A DNA stretch of 64,000 nt from Candidatus Binatia bacterium (GTDB lineage Bacteria > Desulfobacterota > Binatia > UBA9968 > CAXXLF01), in the NCBI GenBank assembly GCA_963664015.2, contig CAXXLF010000002.1, positions 2,144,001 through 2,208,000 on the forward strand. Direction: 5' to 3'. Position numbers and translations under genes: made by a program. Numbering within the stretch: the stretch's first letter is position 1; every line of letters begins with the position of its first letter. The notes beneath the pieces were generated by a model that was not told where the DNA came from, did not search any database, and was given only the letters and a program-made list of their open reading frames with translations. This document shows, one piece after another, positions 29,425 through 40,795 of the stretch.

Positions 29425-30008
29425 AGCTTTCCTTTGGTCGAAAGGACCCCTTGGATGCGCGGGTCGAGCCGAGTGGCCCCTTCCATGGCGCGGGCAAAGG
29501 CCTTGAAGCTGGCCTCAATGATGTGGTGTGGGTTGTCCCCCTGAGGCACGTTTATGTGAAGATTCATACCCAGTTGATTGGCAAAGGCTTGAAAAAATTC
29601 GTGAGGAAGATCGGTATCGAAGTTGCCCACACGGCCGGGACGAATCTTGACGTTGTACGAAAGATAAGGTCGGTCGCTTAGATCAACAACCACCTGTGCG
29701 AGGGCTTCGTCCAAAGGGACGCTTGATTCTCCGAAACGACGAATGCCTTGTTTATCCCCCAGGGCCTCCTTGAAGGCTTGGCCCAGGGCTAGGCCCACGT
29801 CCTCCACCGTGTGGTGCAAGTCCACGGCAAGGTCGCCTTGGGCCTTCAGCGTGATGTTAAACAAACCATGGCGCGAAAAGCTATCGAGCATGTGGTCCAG
29901 AAAGGGGATGCCGGTCTCAACTGCGGCGTTGCCGCTCCCGTCGAGTTCCAGTTCGACGGAAATATTCGTCTCCTTGGTCTTTCGTTCTACCCTAGCGGGT
30001 CTTGCCAT
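29421..30008 (-). CDS. hisB: imidazoleglycerol-phosphate dehydratase
   Basis: RKTKET, FLDHML, HHTVED, HHIIEA, STKG. Confidence 0.97.
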   Translation of the reverse strand: MARPARVERKTKETNISVELELDGSGNAAVETGIPFLDHMLDSFSRHGLFNITLKAQGDLAVDLHHTVEDVGLALGQAFKEALGDKQGIRRFGESSVPLDEALAQVVVDLSDRPYLSYNVKIRPGRVGNFDTDLPHEFFQAFANQLGMNLHINVPQGDNPHHIIEASFKAFARAMEGATRLDPRIQGVLSTKGKL

Positions 30009-31305
30009 AACGCTTCTCCTTTTTCATTCGGATTTTTACCGCTCTTGCGTGTTCGTCGAGACCCTCCAGCTCAGCGATCCTGATGATGGAGGGTGCGAGC
30101 GACTTCAGAGCCCCTTGGGTGGATTGGATAAGACTCGTACGTTTTACGAAATCGTAAACGCCCAGAGGCGAAAAAAAACGCGCGGTTCCGCCGGTAGGCA
30201 GGACATGGTTGGGTCCCGCCATGTAATCCCCAAGAGGCGGTGTGGAGTAGGGGCCGATAAATAAGGCGCCGGCGTTACGGATGGAACGTGCCCACTTCTG
30301 TGGATTGCGTACCATCACCTCCACGTGCTCCGGGGCAATAGCGTTGACGAGCTGAACCCCTTGCTCGAGGTTGCGCGTAACGATGATTGCGCCGAAACGT
30401 CTCAGAGCCTTGACCGTGATAGTCTTGCGCTTGGTCTCCCGAATTTGTCGCTCCAGGGAGGCCTCTACCTTTCGGGCAAGTATGCGTGAAGGCGTAACGC
30501 ACAGGGCTGATGCCAGTTCGTCATGTTCCGCTTGGGAGAGCATATCTGCCGCGATGTAGTCGGGGTTCGCGCTGGCATCGGCCAGCAGCAGCACCTCACT
30601 GGGCCCAGCTATGGAGTCGATACCGATCTGCCCGAAAAGGAGCCGTTTCGCCGTTGCCACATAGATATTTCCCGGTCCCACAACCTTGTCGACTTTGGGA
30701 ACCGTGTTGGTGCCGTAGGCGAGTGCGGCAATGGCCTGGGCGCCTCCAATTCGAAAGATGCGGTTCACACCGGCGATCCTGCCGGCGGCCAGGATGGGCA
30801 GGGCGTTGTCCCCCAGGGGGGAAGTCATCACCACTTCCCTGACCCCGGCGACCTTTGCGGGAATCACGTTCATGAGAACTGTTGAGGGGTAACAGGCCTT
30901 GCCACCGGGAACATAGACCCCTACCCGTTCCAGAGGACTAATCTTCTGTCCCAGGATGAGACCCAAGGGGTCACGATAGGTCCAACTGGGCTGCAACTGG
31001 TGGCGGTGGAAATGGGTAATTCGCCGCGCCGCAAGGCGTAGAGCTCGCAGGTCTTCCTTGGGGAGTCGTTTTACAGCCTGGTCCATTTCCCTCGGCGTTA
31101 CCTCGATGCCTTTTGGGCTAAGACGGATGCCGTCAAACGCCTTGGCGTATCGGCATAGGGCACGGTCCCCACTCTGGCGTACTGTCCGGATGATTTCCCG
31201 AACGGGACCTTCAACCTTGCCCTCCTCTTGACCTCTTCTTTCGATTATACATTTAAGGGTGCGCTCGAACTTTGGGTCGTTTGTTTCAATGAATGTTGTA
31301 ATCAC
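29992..31305 (-). CDS. hisD: histidinol dehydrogenase
   Basis: [32 protein letters not shown]. Confidence 0.97.
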   Translation of the reverse strand: MITTFIETNDPKFERTLKCIIERRGQEEGKVEGPVREIIRTVRQSGDRALCRYAKAFDGIRLSPKGIEVTPREMDQAVKRLPKEDLRALRLAARRITHFHRHQLQPSWTYRDPLGLILGQKISPLERVGVYVPGGKACYPSTVLMNVIPAKVAGVREVVMTSPLGDNALPILAAGRIAGVNRIFRIGGAQAIAALAYGTNTVPKVDKVVGPGNIYVATAKRLLFGQIGIDSIAGPSEVLLLADASANPDYIAADMLSQAEHDELASALCVTPSRILARKVEASLERQIRETKRKTITVKALRRFGAIIVTRNLEQGVQLVNAIAPEHVEVMVRNPQKWARSIRNAGALFIGPYSTPPLGDYMAGPNHVLPTGGTARFFSPLGVYDFVKRTSLIQSTQGALKSLAPSIIRIAELEGLDEHARAVKIRMKKEKRYGKTR

Positions 31306-32558
31306 CGCTTTATCCTTTGAATGTCAGCTCCAAGTTGAGAAAGTTTCTCTTCAATCCGTTCATAACCCCGGTCCAGGTGGTAGACCCTAGAAACTTCCGT
31401 TTCGCCTTCCGCGCGCAGCGCAGCCAGGACTAACGAGACACTGGCGCGTAGGTCTGTGGCCATTACGGGGGCACCGGAAAGTCGTTTGACACCTTTAATT
31501 ATTGCGCGATTCCCTTCAAGACGGATGTCGGCTCCCATCCGACTCAATTCCTGGACATGCATAAAACGATGGTCGAAGATGTTTTCCGTAATCACACTGA
31601 CCCCTTCGGCCACCGACATGAGGACCATCATTTGCGCTTGCAGGTCGGTAGGAAAACCCGGGTAGGGGAGGGTTGTGATGTCCACACTTTTAGCCCGATT
31701 AACCCCTCTGACCTTAATGCCCTCGTCGCCTGTACAAACGGGAACACCCGCTTCCTTGAGCTTGATGAGAAAGGCATCCAGGTGATCGGTCCGTGCTCCC
31801 CGCACCGTCACCTCTCCGTCCGTCAGAGCCGCTGCCACCATGAAGGTCCCCGCCTCGATTCGGTCCGGATTGAGAACATGGGAAGTCCTGTGGAGCTCAT
31901 CGACTCCCTCGATGGTCAAGGTATTGGTCCCCCCTCCTTCTACCTTGGCCCCCATTTGATTCAGTACTGTGCCGAGTTCGGCAATCTCCGGTTCTTGAGC
32001 GGCATTTTCGATCACCGTGGTTCCCTGAGCCAAGCAGGCCGCCATCATGAGATTCTCCGTAGCTCCGACAGACGGCAGGTCCAGAAAGAGCCTGGCGCCC
32101 CGCAGCCTCGTCGCCTTGGCTTCCACATAGCCGTGGAGCAGATCGATCTTCGCTCCCATCTCTGCCAGGCCCTTGAGATGGAGATTGATGGGCCTGGCGC
32201 CGATAGCGCATCCGCCAGGAGTGGAAACATAGGCCGTTCCAAACCGTGCTAGCAAAGGAGCCAATACCAGGATAGAGGCGCGCATGGTTTTAACCAGGTC
32301 ATAATGGGCTTTCAGGTTGGTGATCTTCTCTGCCTGGAGCGTGAGTTGACCCCGCCCGCTGCTCTTAATCCCTACCCCTAGGTTGGTCAGTAAATTCAAA
32401 GTCGTATGGATATCCCTGAGATCCGGGATGCCGTTATAGGAGCAAGGCTCGGCAGTGAGCAGCGAGGAGATCAGGATAGGAAGGGCGGCGTTTTTTGACC
32501 CGCTCACCGTGACCTCCCCCTCGAGTTTTCGACCGCCACGAATCAGGATGCTATCCAC
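31302..32558 (-). CDS. murA: UDP-N-acetylglucosamine 1-carboxyvinyltransferase
   Basis: [42 protein letters not shown]; probable GTG start. Confidence 0.97.
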   Translation of the reverse strand: MDSILIRGGRKLEGEVTVSGSKNAALPILISSLLTAEPCSYNGIPDLRDIHTTLNLLTNLGVGIKSSGRGQLTLQAEKITNLKAHYDLVKTMRASILVLAPLLARFGTAYVSTPGGCAIGARPINLHLKGLAEMGAKIDLLHGYVEAKATRLRGARLFLDLPSVGATENLMMAACLAQGTTVIENAAQEPEIAELGTVLNQMGAKVEGGGTNTLTIEGVDELHRTSHVLNPDRIEAGTFMVAAALTDGEVTVRGARTDHLDAFLIKLKEAGVPVCTGDEGIKVRGVNRAKSVDITTLPYPGFPTDLQAQMMVLMSVAEGVSVITENIFDHRFMHVQELSRMGADIRLEGNRAIIKGVKRLSGAPVMATDLRASVSLVLAALRAEGETEVSRVYHLDRGYERIEEKLSQLGADIQRIKR

Positions 32559-32563
32559 AGTTG

Positions 32564-33499
32564 CTAGTCCCTCCCCAGTGGCTTTCCAGATGAAGCGGTC
32601 TTCCGGGCCACGACAACCCGGTCCCGACCGGTGTAATCCTTGCACACGGATATCTCTGGATAACAGCCCATGTCCTTAAACCATTGGGAGAGTTCTCCTC
32701 CCATATCCGCCCCTATCTCCAGGGTCATGAATCCTTCATCCTGAAGATAAAGGTGGCTATTGGGAATGATTTTTCGGTACAGCTCAAGTCCATCGGTGCC
32801 TCCGTCCAGTGCCAATCGGGGTTCGCGCAGCACCTCGCGGAAGAGTTTCGCCAACTCGCTTCGTCGTACGTAGGGAGGATTGGAGATGATTCCATGAAAA
32901 AAATGTTGCTGCTCGCTGACCGGAGTAAAGGTGTCGCCATGGAGAAAATGAATTCTTCCGTCGACCCCATGTTGCTCTGCGTTGGCCCGCGCAATCTCCA
33001 GGGCCGCAGCAGAGAGATCCGTTGCCCAGATTGTAATGTCGCTTCTTTCCCTGGCCAGGCTCACGGCGATGGCACCGCTCCCCGTGCCCAATTCTAAAAT
33101 GCGCAAGTTATCGGTCTGTCCTGTGACAGTACACCCTTTTTTTGTCGCTTCGATCTGTTTCAGGGCAATTTCAACGAGTGTTTCGGTCTCGGGCCGTGGT
33201 ACGAGAACTGCCGGCGTGACGAGGACATCAAGGGACCAAAACTCTCGCCGTCCGGCGATGTACGCAGACGGTTCCCCATGGGCGCGCCGCTCGAGGAGGG
33301 ACTGATACTGCTCTTGCTCCGAAGCATCAAGGGGCGCTCTACATTGGGTGTAGAGTCTTTCTCTTTTCCAACCTAAGGCCAGGCTCAGGAGGACTTCGGC
33401 ATCGAGTCTTGCGCCTTCAATCCCCGCTCGGGACAGGTCTTGCGTTCCCATAGCCAGGGCTTGGGCTACGGTGAATATTTTTTGGCTTTGAGCTCCCAT
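32564..33499 (-). CDS. prmC: release factor glutamine methyltransferase
   Basis: VPRPETE, ELGTGSG, SNPPY; follows prfA. Confidence 0.96.
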   Translation of the reverse strand: MGAQSQKIFTVAQALAMGTQDLSRAGIEGARLDAEVLLSLALGWKRERLYTQCRAPLDASEQEQYQSLLERRAHGEPSAYIAGRREFWSLDVLVTPAVLVPRPETETLVEIALKQIEATKKGCTVTGQTDNLRILELGTGSGAIAVSLARERSDITIWATDLSAAALEIARANAEQHGVDGRIHFLHGDTFTPVSEQQHFFHGIISNPPYVRRSELAKLFREVLREPRLALDGGTDGLELYRKIIPNSHLYLQDEGFMTLEIGADMGGELSQWFKDMGCYPEISVCKDYTGRDRVVVARKTASSGKPLGRD

Positions 33500-33533
33500 A
33501 ATGGTTGATCCCGCGCTGACGGTCCTCGGATTT

Positions 33534-34601
33534 TTATGAATGGGTGGCCTTCAAGGATTCCGCCTGGTAATACGTGATGAGGGCTTCGATCAAGGGTCCC
33601 ATCGCACCCTCCATGACCTGGTCCAGTTTGTAAAGGGTCAGGTTGATCCGGTGATCGGATACCCGTCCCTGAGGGAAGTTGTACGTCCGAATCCGTTCGC
33701 TTCGATCTCCGCTACCAACCATGAGCTTTCGAGTGGCGGCGATCTCGGACCGCTGTTCCTCCTGCTTGCGTTCCAGTAGGCGAGCCCGCAGGATCTTGAG
33801 GGCTTTGGCCTTGTTCTTGTGCTGGGACTTTTCATCCTGGCACGAGACTACGAGACCCGTGGGGACGTGGGTCATTCGCACCGCCGAGTCCGTGGTGTTG
33901 ACACTCTGGCCGCCCGGGCCGGAGGACCGAAATACGTCCACGCGAAGCTCTTTCGGATCGATCTCGACATCCACCTCGTCGGCCTCGGGTAACACGGCTA
34001 CGGTGACTGCTGACGTATGGATGCGTCCCGAGCCTTCGGTAACTGGGACTCGCTGAACCCGATGCACTCCACCTTCGAACTTGAGATGGCTATAAACTTC
34101 TTGACCGTCAAACAAGGCGATAATCTCTTTAAATCCCCCCAGGCCGGTGGGGTTGGAACTCATTATCTCTACCTTCCATCCTTTGATTTCGGCGTAGCGC
34201 GAATACATACGGAAGAGTTCTGCGACAAATAGAGAAGCCTCGTCTCCCCCGGTCCCTGCACGAATTTCGAGAAGTACGCTCTTTTGATCATTGGGGTCCT
34301 TGGGCAGCATTAATAGACGGAGCCGGCCCTCAAGTTCTTCTTTTTGCTGGCGGAGGATCAACAATTCTTCTTTGGCCAGCTCTCTCATGGCCTCATCTTT
34401 TCCCTCGAGCAACTCCCGATTCTGTTCGATCTCTTGCTCTACCTTGCGCCACTGTCGGTAACGGGAGACCACCTCCTCCAGATCGGACCGTTCCTTGGCT
34501 ATCTTGGAGTATTCTTTCTGATTGCTGAGGACTTGCGGGTCCGCCAGCATGCGGTCCAGTTCTCCGTAACGTTTCTCGACTTCAGCCAGTTTTTCTAACA
34601 T
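33534..34601 (-). CDS. prfA: peptide chain release factor 1
   Basis: PVT anticodon motif, [12 protein letters not shown]. Confidence 0.98.
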   Translation of the reverse strand: MLEKLAEVEKRYGELDRMLADPQVLSNQKEYSKIAKERSDLEEVVSRYRQWRKVEQEIEQNRELLEGKDEAMRELAKEELLILRQQKEELEGRLRLLMLPKDPNDQKSVLLEIRAGTGGDEASLFVAELFRMYSRYAEIKGWKVEIMSSNPTGLGGFKEIIALFDGQEVYSHLKFEGGVHRVQRVPVTEGSGRIHTSAVTVAVLPEADEVDVEIDPKELRVDVFRSSGPGGQSVNTTDSAVRMTHVPTGLVVSCQDEKSQHKNKAKALKILRARLLERKQEEQRSEIAATRKLMVGSGDRSERIRTYNFPQGRVSDHRINLTLYKLDQVMEGAMGPLIEALITYYQAESLKATHS

Positions 34602-34638
34602 GGGTTACCGCTTTAATTTTGCAGGCGCTGCATAGAAC

Positions 34639-34676
34639 AAAAAAGGGCAAAGGGAAGCTGCCCACCCTTTGCCCTT
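34639..34676 (-). terminator. intrinsic terminator downstream of rpmE
   Basis: AAGGGCAAAGGG/CCCTTTGCCCTT stem followed by a T-run on the minus strand. Confidence 0.75.
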
Positions 34677-34732
34677 CCTGCCGTTTCGTGAATCTACTTG
34701 ATTACATCCAGCCCAGAATTCTCAGTTGGGCT

Positions 34733-34936
34733 TTATTCCTTGATCCCGTATTTCTTTTTGAATTTCTCAACCCGGCCTGCGACGTCATGGAGCCTTTGCT
34801 TTCCGGTAAAGAAAGGGTGGCAGTTAGAACAGATCTCCACGTGGATACTGGAGACCGTCGAACGGGTTTCGATTACGTTGCCACAAGCGCAGGTAATTTT
34901 GGCTTCTGTATACTCGGGATGGATGTCTGGTTTCAT
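34733..34936 (-). CDS. rpmE: 50S ribosomal protein L31 (Zn-binding type)
   Basis: [23 protein letters not shown]; RBS GAGGGGG. Confidence 0.97.
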   Translation of the reverse strand: MKPDIHPEYTEAKITCACGNVIETRSTVSSIHVEICSNCHPFFTGKQRLHDVAGRVEKFKKKYGIKE

Positions 34937-34970
34937 AAATACGCCCCCCTCAAGGGCTACATATGTATAG

Positions 34971-34999
34971 AGTATAGCACGGTCCCGGTGGGGCTTCAA
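34971..34999 (-). promoter_or_regulatory. sigma70 promoter of rpmE
   Basis: TTGAAG-N17-TATACT with extended -10 TG. Confidence 0.65.
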
Positions 35000-35000
35000 A

Positions 35001-35136
35001 CCTGAAGCCCCCGCACGGTTCAGGTGAGGGTGGGGCCCGCTGAACGGACGGATGCCTGGGGTTGAGCTATCCGGAGCGGCAGTCCCACATGGTACCTAGA
35101 AGCCGGTTGTCGGTCGTAGAACGGAATCTTCAGGGG
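35001..35136 (-). ncRNA. candidate rod-shaped structured RNA (partly 6S-like)
   Basis: Nested helices CCTGAAGATTCCG/CGGGGGCTTCAGG (G-U pairs on the minus strand), GTGGG/CCCAC, CCGCT/AGCGG, CGGAT/ATCCG. Confidence 0.3.
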
Positions 35137-35172
35137 CCTGGCTGCAATGGGTAATCGGTCCCCCCCTCCAAG

Positions 35173-36681
35173 TTATGATTTTTCCGACTTTATCGACTTG
35201 ATTCAGCTGTTCAGTTCCCTTGCTGCGATTTCACGGCCTCCTAGGCCCAGCGCCAAGGCCAACGCGACGACAACGGCTCCGAGCAGTAAACCAAAGGCCA
35301 GGCTGATGATTTCGTTAGCTAGACCCATCTGACGGAGAGCCATAGCGCCGGAAAGGACGATGATGGCCATCCGTGCTGTTGTGGCCATCAGACCCGATTG
35401 AACAGCACCGCTTGACCTCAAAGTCATCGATGCGAGGTCGGCTAAGTATAATCCGATACCAAAAATGATCAATCCCAGGACCACATGGCCGGCGAAAACC
35501 GTAAAATCAGCCACCAGTTCCGCCAACAGGACAAACCCGAGTTGGCGTGCTGCTTCAATCGTAGCGAATAGCATAACCGCTACCAGAACCAGGTATTCGG
35601 TGATTTCTGAAGGCGTTAGACCTCCGGCCCCCCGGCCTTGCGTTAAAACCCAATTGGCCCAAGATAGCATTAAAGCCCACACCCGTTAGCAGGTTGGTCA
35701 TTAAGCCCGCGATGACGCGGCCCACCACGTAAGCGAGGACCAGGACAAGGACCGCTGCGAAGATCGCTGGGAGTGCCGCCAGCAGGGTGTTGAGCATATT
35801 ACTGGCCGGTTGGGTGACTGCCTCCAGCGCCAAGGCGTTGAGAGAGGCGATCAAAACGGGAATCCGTATCAGGATGTAGACGACTAGGCCAATGACACTG
35901 GAGAGCCCCTGGGAACCCAGGACTCGATTCAGACCCACGCGGTCGCTCAGGCGGTCGGCGCCAATGGCGACGAGCAGATTGGTCACAATCCGTTGTACAA
36001 TTCGGGCGAGTAACCAGCCGATACCCAGGATGAGGCCGGCAGAGACGATATTCGGGAGAACCACGAGAATTTTGTCCAGCATCCCCTGAACCGGAGCGAG
36101 CAGTCCCTGCAGAGCCAAGGCGTTTAATATGGCCGGTAGGAATAATAGAAACACGACCCAGTAAACCGTGTCCCAAGTGTTTTTGTCAGGGTAACCTGCC
36201 TGCCCCCGGCAAGGCCCGCCTGTGTACCGATTTTATAATCCAGATTGGTGACCCCTAGCAGACGGACCACGAGTACTTTCAAAGTCGTTCCAACGATCCA
36301 TACCATGACCAGCAGTATTCCCGCAGCGAGTATCTGGGGCCCGAATTCAAAGACCTGGGTGAGAAGCTGGTTAAGCGGCTGGGTCACTAGAGTGAGGCCC
36401 AGGACCTAGAAGAAGGCAACGAGAACGAAGATCATGATCAGATAGACGAGGCTTCGTGTGATCATGTGTTCCACGTTGACTATCTGGGCCTTCCCTTCGC
36501 CAACAACCCACCGAGCTAGCCATTTATCGAGGCCAGTTCGGTGCAGCGCTCCCCGAACCATGGCGGTGATGAGCAGAGCCGATACCTAGCCAAGAACCAG
36601 GATGGCTAGAGCTGCCAAGAGTTTTGGTACATACTGCTCAATCAAAAGAGCCAGCTCGTTCAATTGACCCTGCATCATCAT
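35173..36681 (-). pseudogene. TM-helix-repeat mechanosensitive channel-associated (CmpX-like) membrane protein, multiply disrupted
   Basis: RBS AGGAGG; PKLLAAL/PNIVSAG/PAIFAAV repeats; TAG 36588, TAG 36408, TGA 35205, two frameshifts; AFGL..LGLGGR C-terminus. Confidence 0.8.
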
Positions 36682-36914
36682 GTTATATGTACCTCCTTTT
36701 GAATTGGGCGAGACGAGATCAAGAAATGACAGAAAACAATTTAAGCAATCATTATTTATATCATATCTTAAGTCCAGATAATTCTAGGGGTTTTGTTGGT
36801 GGAAGGGCTGTGTTTTGGTAACCCCGTGAAGAGGTGATCCAACGGTCCGTGGGGTTCTCGCCGGGATTTCATGGCGCACCCACCCTTTCACAGTACGTCT
36901 GCGGCCGGGACGGG

Positions 36915-38225
36915 TTAAATAAGGTAGTTCTGAAAGAGCACGGCGAAACCCCAAAAGGCGAAAAATCCGACCACGTCGGTGACCGTGGTCAAGACAATAC
37001 CCGATGACTGAGCCGGGTCCAACCCCATGGCTTTCATCGAGAGGGGGATCGCCGCTCCTGCGAGGCCGGCGGCGAGTAAATTGACGATCATAGCAAGTCC
37101 GATGACCAGTCCCAGATAGGGCTACCCGTGCCAGATCCATGCTACCGCTCCGGTCACGAGCCCGATGGTAATCCCCTTGAGAATGCCTATGACCGCCTCC
37201 TTACGAAGCAATTGGCAAACCATCCGAGGGGCGATTTCCCGCATCACCAGACCCCGCATGAGCACCGCAAGAGTTTGAATGCCGGCGTTCCCGCCCTGGC
37301 CGGCCACGACAGGGAGGAAAATCGCGAGGACCGTAATCTTGGCGATAATCCCTTCAAACAAGGCCACCACCGCGGCGGCCAGAAAGGCCGTGGCCAGATT
37401 GACATGGAGCCAGGGGAGACGTTTGCGAATTGAAAACTCGATAGGGAAGAAGGCCCGTTCGTCACCGCCGGCGCCAAACAGTTTCTGGATATCTTCCGTT
37501 GCTTCCTCCTGAATGCCCCCTAGCAGTTGTTCGGCCTTGATGACCCCGAGCAGTCGATTTTCGTTGTCAACAACGGGCACTGCGAAGAATTTTCGTTTGC
37601 TCAGCTCATTCGCCACTTCCTCCCGATCCATAAAACAGTCAACTGAGAACACCCCCCGCCTCATAATCGATCCCAGCTGGTCATTGCCCGCGGCCACGAC
37701 CAGGGCGCGCATGTTGATGACTCTCTCGAGGTGATTCTCGCCGTCCACAACGTAGGTGTAGGAGGCGGGTGCGTTCTGATGCGCAAGCGCTCGGATACGG
37801 TCGATGGCGTATTTGACTTGGACTTCCGTGTGGAACACCAGAAACTCGGTAGTCACGATACGACCGGCACTATCTTCGGGATAGGTTCGCAGTTCTTGGA
37901 TCTCCCGTTTGGCCTTCTCTGATAAATGCTCAAGGAAAACGGTTCGAGTATCCTGGGTCAGGCTGAGCAAGATGGATGCGCCTTGTTGGGGATTGAGTTT
38001 TCCCACTACATACTTATAAATTTCTTTGGTTGTTTCCTTCAACAAATCCGCTGCAACCTTTGGCTGAAGATGGCGGAAGGCGTTGGCCAAGGCATCAGCG
38101 GGAAGCGATTGCAGAACCAGGGTGCTTTCCTTCCCATCCATGGTTTCCAGGCTACGGGCCGCTACCGCGGGGCCAGCTTCGAAGAACTTACGGACTAGTG
38201 GCAAAAAGGGTGTGGGGGTTCCCAT
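36915..38225 (-). pseudogene. mgtE: magnesium transporter MgtE with an in-frame TAG
   Basis: YPEDSAG, CBS pair, RLPWL, GGNAG; after TAG 37124-37122 the frame continues ...GLDPAQSSGIVLTTVTDVVGF. Confidence 0.88.
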
Positions 38226-38413
38226 GCTTGGAGCCTCCTGCTAGGTCTCTACTTCTTATCTATTGTACGGGTTGGGGAAATCAAAAGTAAACTTAAAGAT
38301 TCGCCGCCCCTTGCTTATTGTTTTTCCGTGCTCAATCGTTTAAATGATTACCTGACCTCGGCAGGATAATAACGGGTAAATTGTTCTGTAAATCGATGTT
38401 ACACTAATTCGCC

Positions 38414-39144
38414 ATGGCATCTTGGAAAGGCAAGCTAGCTATTCGCGGCGTGGTATTCGCGCTGCTGGCGATTCTCATCTTCGTCCTGAGCGGATACGGC
38501 CCAGAACCTTTATCCCACGTCGAACTTGCCGGCGACTTGGAAGAGTTCTACTCAAGCCAGGCCAGGATAGCTAGAGCGCTAGCGCCCCTGGGGTCGTACT
38601 CGTCTGGGGTCTTTATCCTATTGCAAGCCTTGCAGGTCGTCGTGTCGCCCATACCCGGCGAGATTACGGGGTTCGTCGGCGGATATATTTATGGTGAGAC
38701 CTTTGGATTTGTGCTCTCGACGATTGGACTGACGCTGGGTTCCTGGCTGGCGTTCGAGCTTGTGAGAATTCTCGGAAAGCCCCTGGTAGAGCGCTTTGTC
38801 AGTACCAAGGTGATAAAAAATTCGATTTCCTTTCCACCAACACGGGTACGGTTCTCTGCTTTGTCCTTTTTGCGTTTCCTGGCTTTCCCAAGGACTCCCT
38901 CTGCTATGTCCTTGGCCTGAGCCGTATGAGACTCAGTAAATTCATCGTGGTCTCAGCTGTCGGACGCATGCCTGGGACTTATATACTGAGCCTGCAAGGG
39001 GCCAGCGTCCAGATGCAGCAGTATACAATGGGCCTTGTCATCGTTGCCTCTGCCGTTCTCCTTCTGCTTGTGGGCTATCTATATCGGACGCCTCTCTTCA
39101 ACTGGATTAAGAGCATGGCCGTGGAAAAATCCCCGGGCCAATAG
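38414..39144 (+). pseudogene. TVP38/DedA (VTT domain) membrane protein, frameshifted
   Basis: QVVVSPIPGE; one A missing in the run 38815-38820; PGFPKDSLCY..GRMPG in the other frame. Confidence 0.8.
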
Positions 39145-39347
39145 CCTCCATCCCATTCAAACGTAGAAACGTTTTAAAATCAGGTGTTTGTTTTAAATCT
39201 AAACCTATGCCTAGAAAACGTGTTGGGAGAATACCCCGGATCAGAAGCTCAGGAACAGCCGCTGGACCGACTGGACATTACGTGAATAGGATCAGAGCTC
39301 TTTTTCCGTCAGAGGGGAAATTCGGCGGTCACGGCGGAAAACTTATA

Positions 39348-39680
39348 TTAAATTCTGGACAGCCCATGCGACACGGCGCTCGGCGGATTTAAAAATTTGC
39401 TCTGGGCCCTATCGACCTGCTTCAGTCGTTTTCAGAGACCGGCCCTATTGGCGAGCTGGATGGCAAGGCCTGGGCGGGCGTTCATCTCCAGAAGCATCGG
39501 TCCCCGATACCGGTCAATCACTAGGTCCATACCAAGATAACCAAGTCCGGTTGTCTCTAGCCCTTGGGCTGCAATGAGCAGTATGCTGTTCCAATAGGGG
39601 AGCTCGATCCCGCTTACTGGATTGCCGGTCTCAGGATGGTGTGAAATCACCCTCGACTGGTGTACAGCGGTAACGGTCAT
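39348..39680 (-). pseudogene. C-terminal fragment of an alpha-L-glutamate ligase-like (RimK ATP-grasp) protein
   Basis: HPETG..LPYW..GLGYLGMDLVID..GPMLLEMNARPGLAIQLAN; internal TGA 39434. Confidence 0.8.
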
Positions 39681-39913
39681 CCCGGTGCGAATGTTAAATT
39701 CCGCTGTGGTGCCTTAATTACAAGGTTTCGAGCGCCTAGGGAAGTGGTGTTGGCGCCTGTGTCGATGCGTGCCCGGAGTTTGATGCCCGAAGGCAACAAC
39801 ACCACCTCTTCCACGGGCCCGATGGTGACCTTTTCCTCGCCGCCCGAGGCTTCGGTGCAGAGGAGTATTCCCAAGACTGACGCGAGGATGAACCTTGAAA
39901 TATTTGTCTTCAT
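39677..39913 (-). pseudogene. N-terminal fragment of a RimK-associated retropepsin-like ('ATP-dependent Zn') protease
   Basis: Signal peptide, IGPVEEV, ARIDTGANTTSL; truncated. Confidence 0.78.
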
Positions 39914-39939
39914 GGGACAACCCCCATAATAGCATTGTT

Positions 39940-40617
39940 TTAGGCAGGAAGTCGCAGGGCCTGGCCCAGGATTCCGGAGGAAACGATGTACTTGAAGGCC
40001 TCCTCAACGTCGTAATCCAATTCCACAACGTCTTTGGGGGAAACCAAAACGAGAAACCCGGAAGTAGGATTGGGAGTAGTCGGAATGAATACGGAATACA
40101 TCTTTTTGGCCGTAGAGAGTTGCAAACTATCGGTTCGCTCAACCGCCACGAGCCCCATCATCCAGTTCCCTTTATATGGGAATTCGATCAGAACGACCTT
40201 TTGAAAACTCTGGTTCGGGCCGTGGAACGTTTTCACCACTTGCTTAGCGGCTCCGTAGATGCTGCTTACTAGAGGCAGGCGCATGACCAGCTGATTGAAT
40301 TTAGCCAGGAGCTTTCGTCCGAATATATTGGTGCCGATTAGCCCCAGGTTCAGGATTATCAGGAGGGAGAGTAAGAAATTGAAAAAGGGGACGAAAGACC
40401 CGACCCAACCGACACGCTCGAAACCGATAACCCTAGAAATTCCTATGAGGATAGGCGCTCCGACCCCGCTTAGCAGGTCGATCAGGAAGGTAACCAGTAT
40501 GTACGTGACGAAAAGGGGGATCAGGATCATCAGTCCGGTCAGGAAGGTGTTGCGAAAAAAAATGGCTCCTACCCCTCTTCTTGGCCATAGCTGGAAATCT
40601 CCGAAGTCTCTAGTCAA
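39940..40617 (-). CDS. DUF502 membrane protein
   Basis: FLTGL..IPL..T, PLVSSIY, VFIPTTPNPTSG. Confidence 0.9.
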   Translation of the reverse strand: MTRDFGDFQLWPRRGVGAIFFRNTFLTGLMILIPLFVTYILVTFLIDLLSGVGAPILIGISRVIGFERVGWVGSFVPFFNFLLSLLIILNLGLIGTNIFGRKLLAKFNQLVMRLPLVSSIYGAAKQVVKTFHGPNQSFQKVVLIEFPYKGNWMMGLVAVERTDSLQLSTAKKMYSVFIPTTPNPTSGFLVLVSPKDVVELDYDVEEAFKYIVSSGILGQALRLPA

Positions 40618-40795
40618 ATCTTACGTCAACACTTGAAACTTGGCAAGAAAAAGTATTGTTACATTGCGACGGAGCGTAATTCGATTTAGAATCTAACTAT
40701 TAGCGATAAGGACACTATCGCAACGGGTTGAGACTCGAGTTCCATTTTAAGCAAGCAGCGGGAACATGAACCTGCATTGAAAGAAGGGAGTTCAC

